This document shows positions 52,250 to 64,000 of a DNA stretch of 64,000 nucleotides, piece by piece. The notes beneath the pieces were generated by a model. The model made no database searches, was not told where the DNA came from, and was given only the letters and a program-made list of their open reading frames with translations. This DNA is from Trichosphaerium sp. ATCC 40318 (lineage: Eukaryota; Protista; Tubulinea), in NCBI GenBank assembly GCA_038496445.1, contig JALMLS010000289.1:110598-174597 (forward strand), in the 5' to 3' direction. A program made the translations under genes and the position numbers. The first letter of the stretch is position 1. Each line of letters starts with the position of its first letter.

Positions 52250-54222
52250 CTAATCTAGTAAAGCTTTTGCAGTTTGTATAGATGTGGTATCATCCGATGG
52301 CGATATAGCCTCAGTACGAAGTGCTCTTTGTTTATACTCAGGTATTAAAAACAATGTAGTAACAACACCCATTGCAGCAACTTCTGCACATAAATAGAAC
52401 ATGAAAGCATAACCATACTTCTTTGACAAAGTCTCAAAAATAGCAACACCCTAAGACGTTATAAACAACAAATTACTTCTAAGAGATATAAGAGAGTCGT
52501 ACCAATACTGCACCAGCTTTACCAGCAGCTGCTGAAATACCATGGCAAGTTGTTCTTATCTCTGTTGGAAAAACTTCTCCCGGTACAATAAAAGTTGTTG
52601 TATTTGGTCCAAGGTTTGAAAAGAAGAATGTAAGTCCATAACATACAACAAATAATGTATGACGTTTCTTAATTTGTTCATAGAATATAGCCATCATAAG
52701 AAAAGTTAAAGCCATAAAGAAAAATCCAAATAACTGAAGGTATTTACGTCCAATATATTCAACTGCAGGAATAGCAATCCAGTATCCTATCGGTCTTTCG
52801 TTAGGACATTCTCCACTTGGTAAAAAAAATTCATCGTTTCTTTATCACGGGAGACACGTGTAGGTTTTATATACAAGGTGTTCTGTATCCACAAGGTACC
52901 TGGAAGTGCGATAGCTGCTATAATGAGTGAAGCTTCTGCTGTTTGAATTGACTTATCACGAGGTCCAGTTTTAGAGTCACCCAATAAATATTGCACAACA
53001 GTTTCCTAAAAAAAAGAAGTTGTTAACAACTTCATTTCATGGCAGGTCATGGTTGTGGGAACTTGCTTTGAATAATCCGTTTCCATAAAAAGTGATATCA
53101 AATAAGAACCAGCTTCCAGCGGTTCCAAGAAGTGTCCATTTATAACGCCAAAGAAGTTTTGGAATGTTTGTTTTTATCTTCGATGATGCAGCGACAGTTT
53201 TCGAGTGCTGAAAATGAGAAGACTCATGTAACTGGAACCTAAACATCTCATAGAGTTAGGTGAATGCATAACATTGCCTATGGCTACAAACGTACCGATG
53301 GTACGCAGTTAGAATACAAGGAATAGCTCCAAAACCAAGAGCGATTCGCCATACATATGATAAAGGAATAGGTTTGATGACGAGAATGATTACAACCACT
53401 AAAGGCGCTAAGAAATTACCGACGCCTTGCATGGAGAATACACCGGCCATGGCCATACCCCTAATATTTAATTAAACGCGAGAACAATGGTCAAACACTA
53501 AATTTGCTACCTCGACTTTGCTGAAGAAGATTCCGCAGAAATTGTCGCTGATAGAGGGTACTCACCACCAATACCCATTCCAAGGAAGAAACGCCATGTT
53601 GCGAGTATGTAATAGAAATGCCCTGATATTTTAAAGGCAAAGGCACTGAAAAAACACGTGTTACAATACTTTTATTTTAGGTTTTAGTTCGAACTTTCGT
53701 AGCGAAACTGAGAAACTAAAAAAAGTTGTTTTTCGTTTTTTCAAGTCACGTGACTACGCACAATGTATTTGTATTGTTTACGAAGTTTACGTACTAAAAT
53801 ATGCAATGGGAAATGGAAAAAAAAATACTTAAAGACTTGGATACGAGTGTATGTACCTCAAAATAGCGAAAGCGATGATCATTATCAAAGTACATAAGAA
53901 CATAACTTTTCTTCCAAATAAATCTCCAGTGAAACCAAAGAAAAGCTGTCCAGACATTGCTCCAGCTAATACAGCAGCAGCAATAGCAGTCTCTATAGCA
54001 ATAAAATAAGCGAATACGCTTATACAATCTAAATAATACAAACAACTTACTAGCGACTGTAGAATCATCTTCAGGACTTACTTGTCCAATAATAACGAGC
54101 ACCTAAGAAATGTCACATAAAGAAAAGTTTCTGTTTTCTAATACCATGCCAATAACGAATAAATCGTATGCGTCGGTCATAAAACCGACACTAACAACAA
54201 GGAAGCGAATGATAGGATTCAT
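52250..54222 (-). CDS. MFS inorganic phosphate:H+ symporter (PHO84/PHT1 family), multi-exon
   Basis: VGFMTDAYDLFVI, GQLFFGFTGDLFGRK, RFFLGMGIGGEYPLSATISAE, VFSMQGVG, LLGTAGSWFLFDITFYG and NLGPNTTTFIVPGEVFPTEIRTTCHGISAAAGKAGA. Confidence 0.96.
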
Positions 54223-54600
54223 TTTTAACCTTGTACACGTGCGGTGTTAAACACAAAGCAACAAAAGTAAAGAAGAAAAAAAAAAGTCAAAATTTAACAA
54301 CTGTTTGTCTTTGTTCGAGCTTCTATAAACGCAATGTCATCAGTGTCGCCACATACTTACGTATACGTTCAATATTGATATAAATGGATACAATACGAAA
54401 ACCAATTCTTGAAATAAATTTATTTTTTGTACTTTCTTGTGACATACCATCTCCACCTTCTTTTTACAATTTTTAATGGGTGTTTTTTTTGGATTTTATG
54501 GATATTTTCAAGGTTTCTTTTTCACATTGAAATAAATAGTTGTGATGGGCTCAGTACGTCTTTTTCTTGTTTTGTTTTTGTTTTTTTTTTTGAAACTCCA

Positions 54601-57447
54601 TCATGACCACTTAAAAAGGATTCAAGTCTCCAAATAAATCATTCTTTGTTGCAGCTGGAGCACTACCTACAGTAGGAACAGCAGGAGAAGATGACCAGTT
54701 ATTCTACAAAAAAAGAGTAAGCGAAAGAAAACTGATGACTTTTTTTTGACTTACCGAGGCTTTTGCGAGCATTGGTGGTCTTGGGCGTTGTTGAGGTTGT
54801 TGACTGTACATTTGACCATTACCGAATTGAGATTGTGGTACAGCAACAGGTTGAGAACCGAACTGAGGTTGGAAAGGTTGTGACGTCATAAAAGGTTGTT
54901 GACCACCAAACTGTTGTTGTTGGAACTGTTGGTGTTGTTGAAATTGCTGTTGTTGCTGGAACTGTTGTCTCTGGGCTGGTGTAGGATTCGTATTAAATAC
55001 GTTACCATGAGTAATAGAAAAGTTGAAATTCTTTGGAGGTCTTTGTTGCTGTTGGTTATGACCAGCAACATTAGGAACATTTGTATGGTGCAATTGTGTA
55101 TTAATAGGTGGTTGATTTCCATTAGGTTGAGTAGGTAAGAATGGCGTAGCATTAAGACTAGGTTGCTAAAAAAAAGAATAAATCAGCTGAACGGCAAAAA
55201 AATAAAAGCATCGAGTCAACTTCATTTAACAACCACGCGTACTTGAGGGTTGGCAACAGGTACTCTGTTTGTAATAGGTCTTGGTTGAAGTGGATTCATA
55301 TCCATTAATAGGCTAGATCCAGTAGTGGTACTTGGTGTAGGTGCAGTATTGAACATATCAAATGGATTCATTGCTGCAGGACCAGCAGCGGATTTCTTAG
55401 GTTTACGTTTTCTTTGGCCCTTTGATGCTTGTTGATTAGATAACGGATTGTTTTGTTGTCTTCTCTTAGCACGAGAGTTGTGTAAAGCATCAAACTCGCC
55501 TTCACGAACCTAAACAACCAAATAAGAACGCAAACAAACAAACGAAATAAACAGAAGAAAAAAAAATTGCAAAAATACATACACTCTCTTCATCAACATC
55601 TGACACTTCACTAGTATCACTAGCGTCATCTTCTACACTCTCACCTCTCTTCTTTTTATAAAATGCCAAGGCCTATAACGCGTAAGCGCTCCAAAAAACA
55701 ACAAACTCCAAAAAAACTCCAAAAAAAAGTTTTGTTGTTATATCGTACACCAGAGATCTCGCCATTAACGTTTAACAACAAATCCAAAGCGACTTCATTA
55801 CCCATAAATTCATTAACAAGAGTGGTCATTGTTTCCTGCTTCTTTACAAGCCTAGCAGCAATATTGTTTGCCTACAAACATAAGTAAACCACCACGCGCA
55901 CGAGGAAATTATAAACAACAAAAAGCTTTTGGTTTTTTCTCGTTAATACGCACAATATCGCTGTTTCTTGCTTGTTGTGTAGATGTGACACCTTTAAAGA
56001 CCTCTCTGAGTCGTTTAATAGCTTCACGGGATTCTGATACTTCAGTTTTCACACGCAATGGCACTTTACCTTGATTAACGTAAGAAAATGCGAAAAAAAA
56101 AACCCTTGTTAAAGATACGTACCCTTCTTTTTGCCTGTCTTCTTTTTAGACTCTACTTTATCGTAATTGCCACCGTCAGGTTTCTCTGGTACACTGTCAT
56201 CCTCTCCATAAGGAAATTGAATATTCTAATAACATAAGAGTTACAAAACAGAAATTCTGGGATTGCGAAAAAAAAATACAAAAAAAAAGCCAAGAAAGGG
56301 TTTACAGCGGATATAATAATGTCAAGGTAACAAAAACAAGTGTAGTTTTCGATGACGTACCTTTCTGAGTAATTGCATGTACGTTGTGTAGAATGTTCTG
56401 TATTTTAATTTTTTCTCGTGGTAACCAACACCCCATTGACGTATCTACCGTATAAATAAGCAACGAAGTACTTTAAAAGCAAACAACATATCACGCTATG
56501 AGTAAAAAATAAAAAAAATAAAAAAACGCACCAATCGAGCTGCTTTCTGTCCAATTAGATTTTTAAAGTTCGCTTTACCATTCAAAGCGCTCTTACGCTT
56601 TGTATAACGCTTTTTAACAAGGCTCTTCATTTCTTTCATGAATATCGGGTGAGCAACAAACTCGTGAAATGGTGAGCCACAGTACTTCATACATGCTTCT
56701 AAAACCTAACAGAATTCGTGTTAGTGACTTTTGTAGATAACGAAGTTCAACAAAAAAAACTTGGTTCACCCAAAACACAAAATGTTTTTTTGGGGTTTTT
56801 AGGGGTACTTCAGGACTGAGTTGTTTAAATGCGTTTCGTAATAAAAAATTAAAGCTGAGAAACGTACACATAGAGTTAAGAAAACGCATACGGGATCCTT
56901 GTCTTTTAGTTGCTTTTGTATATGTGGTACAAGTAAAGCAGCTCTTAGATGATAATTAGCCATGACAATTGTGCGTTAGACGAAAAGTTATTTTATAGAA
57001 GCAACAAAGTGCTCTATAACGCGGTTTTAAAGAAATGTAAACCGTCGGCCAAACGAAGATAAAAATACAGCCAAATGATTCCTAAAGCTATAACGTACCC
57101 TCGCCTTGTATCTGCTATCACTAGGTCGACAAGTTTGAAGATCAAAGGCCATTGAGGTTTCATGGTTTGGTGAGTGCTCTGGCGAAAAAGCGGTAGCACG
57201 TCTGTTGTGCTCACGCTCATTGTAATTTATTAAGGTGATTACCGCGGATGTTGAGGCTGTGTGGAGTGCGTAAAAATGGCTTTTTAGAAATTTCGTCATT
57301 TTTGATTTCACCGTGAACTGAGAAGCACGTCTCTAGTTTATTAAACAAAAAACAACCTACACGCGCCCTTTTGATTGCTAGGGAATCGATTTGGAAAATA
57401 ACAGACCGAATGTTTGGTGTACTCCCTTCTGATACTAATGTTGCCAT
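54601..57447 (-). CDS. VHS-GAT domain endosomal adaptor (TOM1-like) with a Q/P/N-rich tail and NPF motifs, multi-exon
   Basis: VHS: PQWPLIFKLVDLV..VLEACMKYCGSPFHEFVA..IRQWG. GAT-like: EVALDLLLNVNGEI. The tail carries MNPFDMF and DLFGDLNPF. Confidence 0.8.
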
Positions 57448-57606
57448 ATGTCGGTAGATTCACGCACAGAGTACACAGATAAAAGGTCGATTGCGTCTAA
57501 AAAAAACTTCGAGCCAAAAAAAACCCTTCAACAATTCTACTTTACACAGTGAAGAAAATTCTGCAGTTTTAGTATCTGGTACTTCCTAAATATCTCCTCC
57601 ATATTA

Positions 57607-58833
57607 TCACGTCACTACCGATTCAAAATATCCAGTGTCATTAAGCCTTAGTACATACAAACCATCTCCTTTTGTTCCCTGATGCCTGTTATTTCTTTCC
57701 CAAGTAGAATCTACGATGTACCTGCTATAGTTAGCTTTTTCTGATTGTAATTTTTTTTTATTTTCTGAAAAAACATCAAAAGTTGCGTACAACATGCCAC
57801 GGTGGTAAACTACTTTTATAACACTACGCGGAGTTTGCGGTATGATAGCATTCCAATCGTCCTTTACCTTACGTATACCCTTAAAAAGCTCACAAGTATA
57901 AAAATAGCCATCGCCATCCACTACAAAAAAACTATTTTAAGAAAAACTGATATCAAATACAGTCTACAAGACGGACCTGCTATTGAATTTGTCACTGTCC
58001 CTACAAGCTTTGTATGATCTATAGGTCCTTTAGGAGTCAAAAGCTCAACGACTTGTCGTCTTGCATTCAAGAGAAAGACTCGTGACTCAGAGTCAATTGT
58101 AAAAGGTACAACTTGTTCACGATGAAGTGAATGAATAAACTCTGGATGACCTGTGCCACGTTTTATACATTTCAATCTGTTCAACTTTGTGTAATAGATG
58201 TTACCCTCATCATCATTTGTCATTTGTGCACTATCACTCCATTGACCACCTTCTCCAATGAGAACTCTTTGTTTTGTATGTGGATGACTTAAAGTAGCAG
58301 ATTTTGGTTTTGACAGTTTCCAGAATCCTGTATCATCTATCAACCAAATATCGTCATTATGATCAACAGCGATTGCTGAAGGTCTGACAAACGTGTTGTA
58401 TCGACTGTCGAGCTTTATCTTTGTGAGACGTTGGAATCGTACACTGTAGAAATGGACATGCTGTGTTTCGTAAAATAAGACTAATATCTACAACACACAA
58501 GTAAGTACACTACATCCATGGGCGCTGCAACGGTTTTTTTTTTTTGGCCAGTTGTAACGGCGTGTATTATTCGGTTTACCTCTTTCCTGCTAGTAATCGC
58601 TATATCTCGTACGTGGAAGCCCGGAGGCACTGCATGAATACGCGCTGGGAACTGTTTAATTGTAAGTTAACAATTTTAACTAAACGTATTCGTACACGCC
58701 ACTCAGGAGTTGTGGCAATGAAATAATGCATAAACTTGGATACTAGGAGACATCTCTGTATAGCACGTTTTGGTACATCAAGCAATATATGATAAAGCAC
58801 CTCAGGAGGTAACTCTTGAATAGGTGCTTCCAT
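57607..58833 (-). CDS. F-box protein with a probable beta-propeller C-terminus
   Basis: IQELPPEVLYHILLDV..RCLLVSKFMH (F-box), followed by beta-rich repeats RPSAIAVDHNDDIWLID, MTNDDEGNIYY, FTIDSESRVF and VDGDGYFY. Confidence 0.75.
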
Positions 58834-58993
58834 TGTAGCTGCGTATTACAAAGACCCTTCCAAAATGCTTAACTTAACTACAGTGTTCACGAATTCGTAG
58901 CTAGTGCTATATTCAGCCAACTGCATTGCGAGCTCTTCTTGTACCTTCCTCTTTAGGTGGACTGTTAGCTTAACTTTGTTAAATTGTATTACA

Positions 58994-59922
58994 ATGAGTA
59001 AAGAAACAGCTGCGCATTGTACCACAGGTGTTTGCTCTGTTATAGGGCTATTATTATTCGCCTTATCGCTTTGCTTTTGGCAATCGGGTATTATTCTTTA
59101 AATAGTGCTTACTAACGCCTTTAAGGATGGTTAGGCGTAGGCACAGATGTTGGCAGCGCCCAAGGTTAGTTTTTTGTAAACCATTATTATTTATTGATAG
59201 TTTTGCTTAGTTGGATGGTTACGGTTCGAAATAGACGTAAGAAAGCAATTTAAGTTTGTGTTCTAACAAAACGAGAAGGTCACTCAAGGGAATACCACGA
59301 GTGGATCTCTAACCACTAAGGAAAGGACTCTACTGGATTTCAGCCTCATAGGTACAAAACTTCCATTTTAACGCAATTAAACTCATTTTATCTTTAAATA
59401 CTAACAACCAACCATTTAGCTGGTATTGGTGGTATTGTAGCGTTTGTATTCAACGCGGTAAGATAAAACACAAAAATACTTTGGCTTAACTTTTGTCAAA
59501 GCTTGCTTTTTTGCTTCTATGTGTTACCACTGTTCTTTCTTTTATACGCGCAAGCGAAAAAGGTAGTTTTCGCTTATCCAGAGCGATAAAATATTGCTCC
59601 CTTTGTGCTGGGTAAGCAAGTTTGAAGCGGTTTGTTTGATGAGTTTTTTCTCTCTCATTTTATTTCTAGGCTACTCGGATTTCTTGGCTTTGTAGTATAC
59701 TTTGCCACAGGATTTACGAGTATTCAAGATGAGACTCTTCCAGGTGGGGCATTAGTGACATCTTGTTGTTGGCCTGTACGCACTAATGTTTTCTTTAACA
59801 CGTTTTCCTGGTTTATTCTTATTAATTCTTGATAGCTATGGGCTACTGGTAGTGCTCTACTTGGCTCTTTTGTAGCTATACTTATAACATTAGTAATGGT
59901 ACAGTATGTACACAAATATTAG
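58994..59922 (+). CDS. Small four-TM membrane protein (claudin/PMP22/amastin-like topology), many tiny exons
   Basis: Spliced exons give 4 hydrophobic segments: GVCSVIGLLLFALSLC, AGIGGIVAFVFNALAFLLLC, LCAGLLGFLGFVVYF and WATGSALLGSFVAILITLV. Confidence 0.65.
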
Positions 59923-60396
59923 TACATCAAAACAATGTACATGTGTCGCATAGCGACTATATTTATTTCTAAAAACAAAAACAATGAAGAGTTTTGTTTT
60001 ATATGATTTCAGTTTCTTTGTATTCTGTACAAGTTATTAGAGCTTCTTTTCGCTGTAGTCCTATCTCAGGTAGAAATGTAGACTTACCAGAATACATCGT
60101 TGCAAAATGCGAGACGGGCATTGCGCTACTGTATAGCCACTCGCACGAATACTGTTGGATTTACTATTTAGTTAAGAACTATTCGTCGTTGGTACTATTC
60201 GTTCTCATCCATCACGTGGGCAGGACTGAATTTCTGTGAAAGAAGACTTAAGCCATCTAATGTAATGTTCCCAATGAATACAACAGTTTTCGTTGCAAAT
60301 TTGTCTTGATTTACGCCTTGTATGGCATCACTTCAGAACGTACACACTGAACAATACGTTTTTAGTGCCTCTACTGATACAAACTAGTGTATTAAC

Positions 60397-61017
60397 ATGA
60401 AATCACGACAATCAGATACCGAAAGTTACATATTACGCCTTCCTGTTGAGATACAACTTGATATTATTGATTTAGACTTTGAAATGTATCTAAAGTGGCC
60501 ACTACTATCAAAAAGGGCTGCAATGAATACTAGGTATGATGTAGACCTTAAAAGGCACGGAAAATGGCTTCAGATAAAGAACTACAATAGCCAAACAACT
60601 GAACAAGTCGAACAGCAAGATTCTTCTGCAGAAAAAAAAACTTGTTCAAAAGTCATTGTTGTTAGTCAGTATTCCTGGGTTCATGGCAAGCGTAATGGAG
60701 AATGTAAACGTTGGCATGATAATGGAAAGTTATTTATGCAGTGTTATCAAGTCGATGATAAAATAGAAGGAGAGTATAGGTGTTGGTATAACACTGGCCA
60801 ACTTTACGAAAAAAGTCAATATGTCAATGGTAAACTAGAAGGTGAGCACATGTCTTGGTTTGAAAGTGGACAGTTGAATTTACAGTGTAACTATGTAAGT
60901 GATAAACTGGAAGGAGAGTATAGTTCGTGGTATGATGACGGTCAATTGGCAACACGTTGTAATTATAAAAATAACAAACAAGTCCAAGCACCACTAGATC
61001 AATTTTCAGCTGACTGA
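60397..61017 (+). CDS. Intronless F-box-like + MORN-variant (YwqK-type) repeat protein
   Basis: ILRLPVEIQLDII..WPLLSKR, then about 4 repeats of G(E)Y..WY..GQL.....Y..GK.E with a 24-aa period. Confidence 0.85.
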   Translation: MKSRQSDTESYILRLPVEIQLDIIDLDFEMYLKWPLLSKRAAMNTRYDVDLKRHGKWLQIKNYNSQTTEQVEQQDSSAEKKTCSKVIVVSQYSWVHGKRNGECKRWHDNGKLFMQCYQVDDKIEGEYRCWYNTGQLYEKSQYVNGKLEGEHMSWFESGQLNLQCNYVSDKLEGEYSSWYDDGQLATRCNYKNNKQVQAPLDQFSAD

Positions 61018-61406
61018 AATAAACAACTTTTTTAATTGACATACGTTAGAATAACCGTTGCGCCAGCTAGACAACTAATACGTGATTGTTTGGGAGGAAA
61101 GACAACATTTTAATGGCTATCAATAGCACATTGATGTCGTGTATATTGTACATAAAACAATACACGGAACTTGTGCGAATTACATTACATTCTGTAAAGA
61201 TATGAATTTTTCAAGAATAGAACAGATTCATCCATTTTTAGACAATTAGCTTCTAGATGACAATGTGCTTAAGACTAAGCATAAACTAATAGCTCTTCTT
61301 ATTATTTATATCAGACTATTCTCTTTAAGCCTAATTACTTACTAGTTATAAAAGATATTCGAACTTGCATAATTTCTGGTTTTTTTTATTGACATTTGTT
61401 TTCACA

Positions 61407-63388
61407 CTAAAAGTACACTTGCTGAGCATCACTAGGATGCCCGATATTAGGACAATATGGACATTTGAACCTAACGAATAAAATTAATAATCCATACAGT
61501 AATAGAGAGGAAATGAAATGGAGCTGGTACCTGTTATCTCTATCAGTAATTCGTTTTAGACTCTCTTTTGAAATAACATGACCACAAGGTATACGCATAG
61601 GTGGATTAGATGGCGTTGTTTGCTCCCTTGCAACAGGGCAAGCAAATATAGAGTGATATTTCCCATACTCACCCAGACCTTGAACGGGAACCTAAAAAAA
61701 GAGTTAAAAGCAAAGCGTTACTATGTTTACTCAACTGGAAGTCTATCAGATTTGATCCACGTGTGTGCGCCCAATGATCCTGACTTTTCTGCTGCCTTTA
61801 GTAGTTGAGGTAGGGCAATTGTGCCAGAAGTAATACTACTCAGAATTAGAGACAAACACCAAAAAAAACGCGATAAACAAACATGCAACAAGCCATACCA
61901 AGTGTAAAGTGGAGAATGTTCGGCTAATCCAAGCATCTTACAATATACTCTACTAAATTTTGTACATGTTTCTGACCACACCTAAGCACGTCAGTAATAA
62001 TTTAAGATAACAAAAAACTTACTGAGGGTCCGAGTAACTTAACGTAAGGTGAGTCTTCAAAATTAAATTGGAAAACCATAGCACCCATCAGTTGCCTTTT
62101 TTTAAGTGAGTCCCACGTGAACCATGTTTAATATTTCCTACCTTATTTCATTCATGTGATTTTCTTTGAATACATGAAAGTGGTTTCTTGCATAAACCAA
62201 CGCTTCACCACCTTGACCGCTCAAAAGCTTCAAAAATTGAAGTTTGTGAAAATCGAACTCAATACCACTTTCCTCAAGGTTTTCACGATTTTGTGCAGCC
62301 CACCTTGATTGACATTATTATAGAGAACATATAAAAATACAGTTTGATGCTTTTGAGTTACAAACAAACCTCAAAAACTGAAATCTTTTCAGAAAACTTC
62401 AAGAAAAAAAAAGTTCAAAAATTGAATTCGTACTCGATTGCAGGTTGTAAGTTTCTTTGTTTCAGTCCAGCCATTATTCTATGTAAATCAATAAAGGGTT
62501 TCTTCATATCATCTGGGATCTCTGTGTTGGACTCCTAGAGAATAAAAGTGAGTTCAAGCGCCTTGACCGAAAGAGCCGTTTTAGTTTTAATCAAAATGGC
62601 GAAATCTCCTAACGGTGATCACAGTAGCGCTTCTAGGCGCATACCTTTAAGAACTGAGTGCCCAGGTCTACCATACCCTCCCTACAGAGGTGATGCGCTA
62701 TTGCTTTGTTCAATAACGGCTTTGGAAACTTAACGCCCCTAGAAGCTCTAAAGATGTCTGTTTCAAACCCCTTTTAAAGTAACAATGTGAGACATAGGCA
62801 CATATCAACTTTTTTAACGTAGAATTACGTTCGTGGTTTACCTCATCGATTGATTTACCAAGCTTGTTGATGGCTACATGTAATTCTTTATGGCCTACAG
62901 GAGTTTAGTATTGTTAATCCACGCTAGACTGAGAAAAACATGTTTTTTGTAATTCGGTTACAAAAAAAACGTTTCTAGGTGGAAAGAAAAGGTCTGATTA
63001 TGGTTTTTTACGCCTCAATAAATAAAGTAAACAGTAACTAATCTATTTTGAAGAGCGTTGCGCAAATTCTACTTAATTTATATTTAAAAAAAGGCTAGCG
63101 TTACTTCTACGCCTCTTTAGATTGTATACCCTTTGAAAACTGTTTCCTTGTTTCGCTCGTAACGCTTTTACTCATACCGTTTATAGAGTTGATTACTAAC
63201 TGTCTAGGATCTTTTACGTTCTCTAGTACCTCGTCACGTACAGCTATGGTACAAATAACAGTACCTGTGCCTAATAACGTTCTGTACTTTTTGCAATCCT
63301 CAAGCCACATCGCCACAGACTCTTTTGTGGTATGCATAAGCTTCTGTTTTTTGAACACTGTTTGTAACGAGGCCTCAACGGCCTCCAT
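61407..63388 (-). CDS. RMND5: CTLH/GID complex E3 subunit RMND5/Gid2 (LisH, CTLH, CRA, degenerate RING), multi-exon
   Basis: LNKAIAHHLCREG (LisH), LQPAIEWA..EFDFHKLQF, SPLY..ITSGTIALP, LPVE and YHSIFACPVAREQTTPSNPPMRIPCGHVIS..FKCPYCP. Confidence 0.94.
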
Positions 63389-63724
63389 GGTGCGCTTTCG
63401 AGGCGACTTGTCAAATACACTTGTAATTGTGAATAGAAACGCCTTGCCTAGCGTGTTGGGTATGAAGGTCAATATCAGTCTCAAGCCTTTTTTGACAAGT
63501 CGAGTAAAAAGATCAATTTCTCTTCTAAACCATTTTTTTGAAACAAGGCTAAAACCCTTGTATTACGGAAGGATTTGCCGCATTAAAGTTGATAGACCAT
63601 GTGTAGGTAACTACCACGTGATGATAGAAACTCAGTTTTATTGTTTTTCTCTAAGTTATTTTTTTCTGCTTACTGAAATACCTACCCTACTTACTAATGT
63701 ACCACCATTTCAATGATGTAGTAT

Positions 63725-64000
63725 TTAATATGAGTGTTCAGTCTTTACCAATTTTATTGAAGAAGCCCCAGTAGCAAAGTGTGCGTGGAGATGCCAAGTT
63801 TTTCCTGAAGTTAATTTGATGACAGGTGGTTCCATGCGAATATGACGTGAGTTGTGTAGAGTAAGTGTTGATTTGTAGCAATCAAGAACAATTCTCACTG
63901 TATCAGTAACAAGTTATCAAATTTATCGATCTTGACGTTGACCTCTAATGTACTGGCTTCTAGATGTCCAAGCATAATTTGTCTGGAATCCATGAGAGTT
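63725..64000 (-). CDS. 3' end of a gene with a SPRY/B30.2-like beta-sandwich C-terminus; runs off the right edge
   Basis: NYAWTSRSQYIR(V)RIVLDCYKSTLTLHNSR..IKLTSGKTWHLHAHF..SIKLV, after removing a putative 45-nt intron. Confidence 0.45.

Noticed and set aside
54236-54241. CACGTG upstream of the PHO84-like ATG as a Pho4 site
   Set aside because: The hexamer is abundant throughout the window, so this instance is not specific evidence.

Overview
Gene-dense, AT-rich, intron-rich nuclear DNA from a unicellular eukaryote (an amoebozoan-like protist is my guess). It uses the standard genetic code. The ORF track mostly shows exon fragments, so I spliced about 27 genes by hand; exon boundaries are manual inferences. 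Recognisable genes: SEC31, MCM5, a GT-A glycosyltransferase, an M64 metallopeptidase, a START protein, Aladin, fimbrin, a P2X receptor, a METTL12/EEF1AKMT4-like methyltransferase, GMPPA, MSH5, a CBS protein, a TPP1/Est3-like OB-fold protein, a SnoaL-like protein of bacterial type, a divergent actin, a PHO84-like transporter, a VHS-GAT protein, F-box proteins and RMND5. Main oddities: (1) a very acidic type I membrane protein built from DDM[S/G/R]NYP repeats and a duplicated 4-Cys module; (2) a probable shelterin TPP1 homologue; (3) strong over-representation of CACGTG, including GTCACGTGAC in introns, together with frequent GCACGT GC-AG splice donors; (4) an intron-bearing SnoaL gene of bacterial type with an inverted fragment copy 38 kb away near a perfect 24-bp palindrome; (5) fimbrin without EF-hands, an actin lacking nucleotide-binding residues, and an intronless F-box/MORN gene resembling giant-virus genes. 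I found no tRNA, rRNA, CRISPR array or intact transposon.
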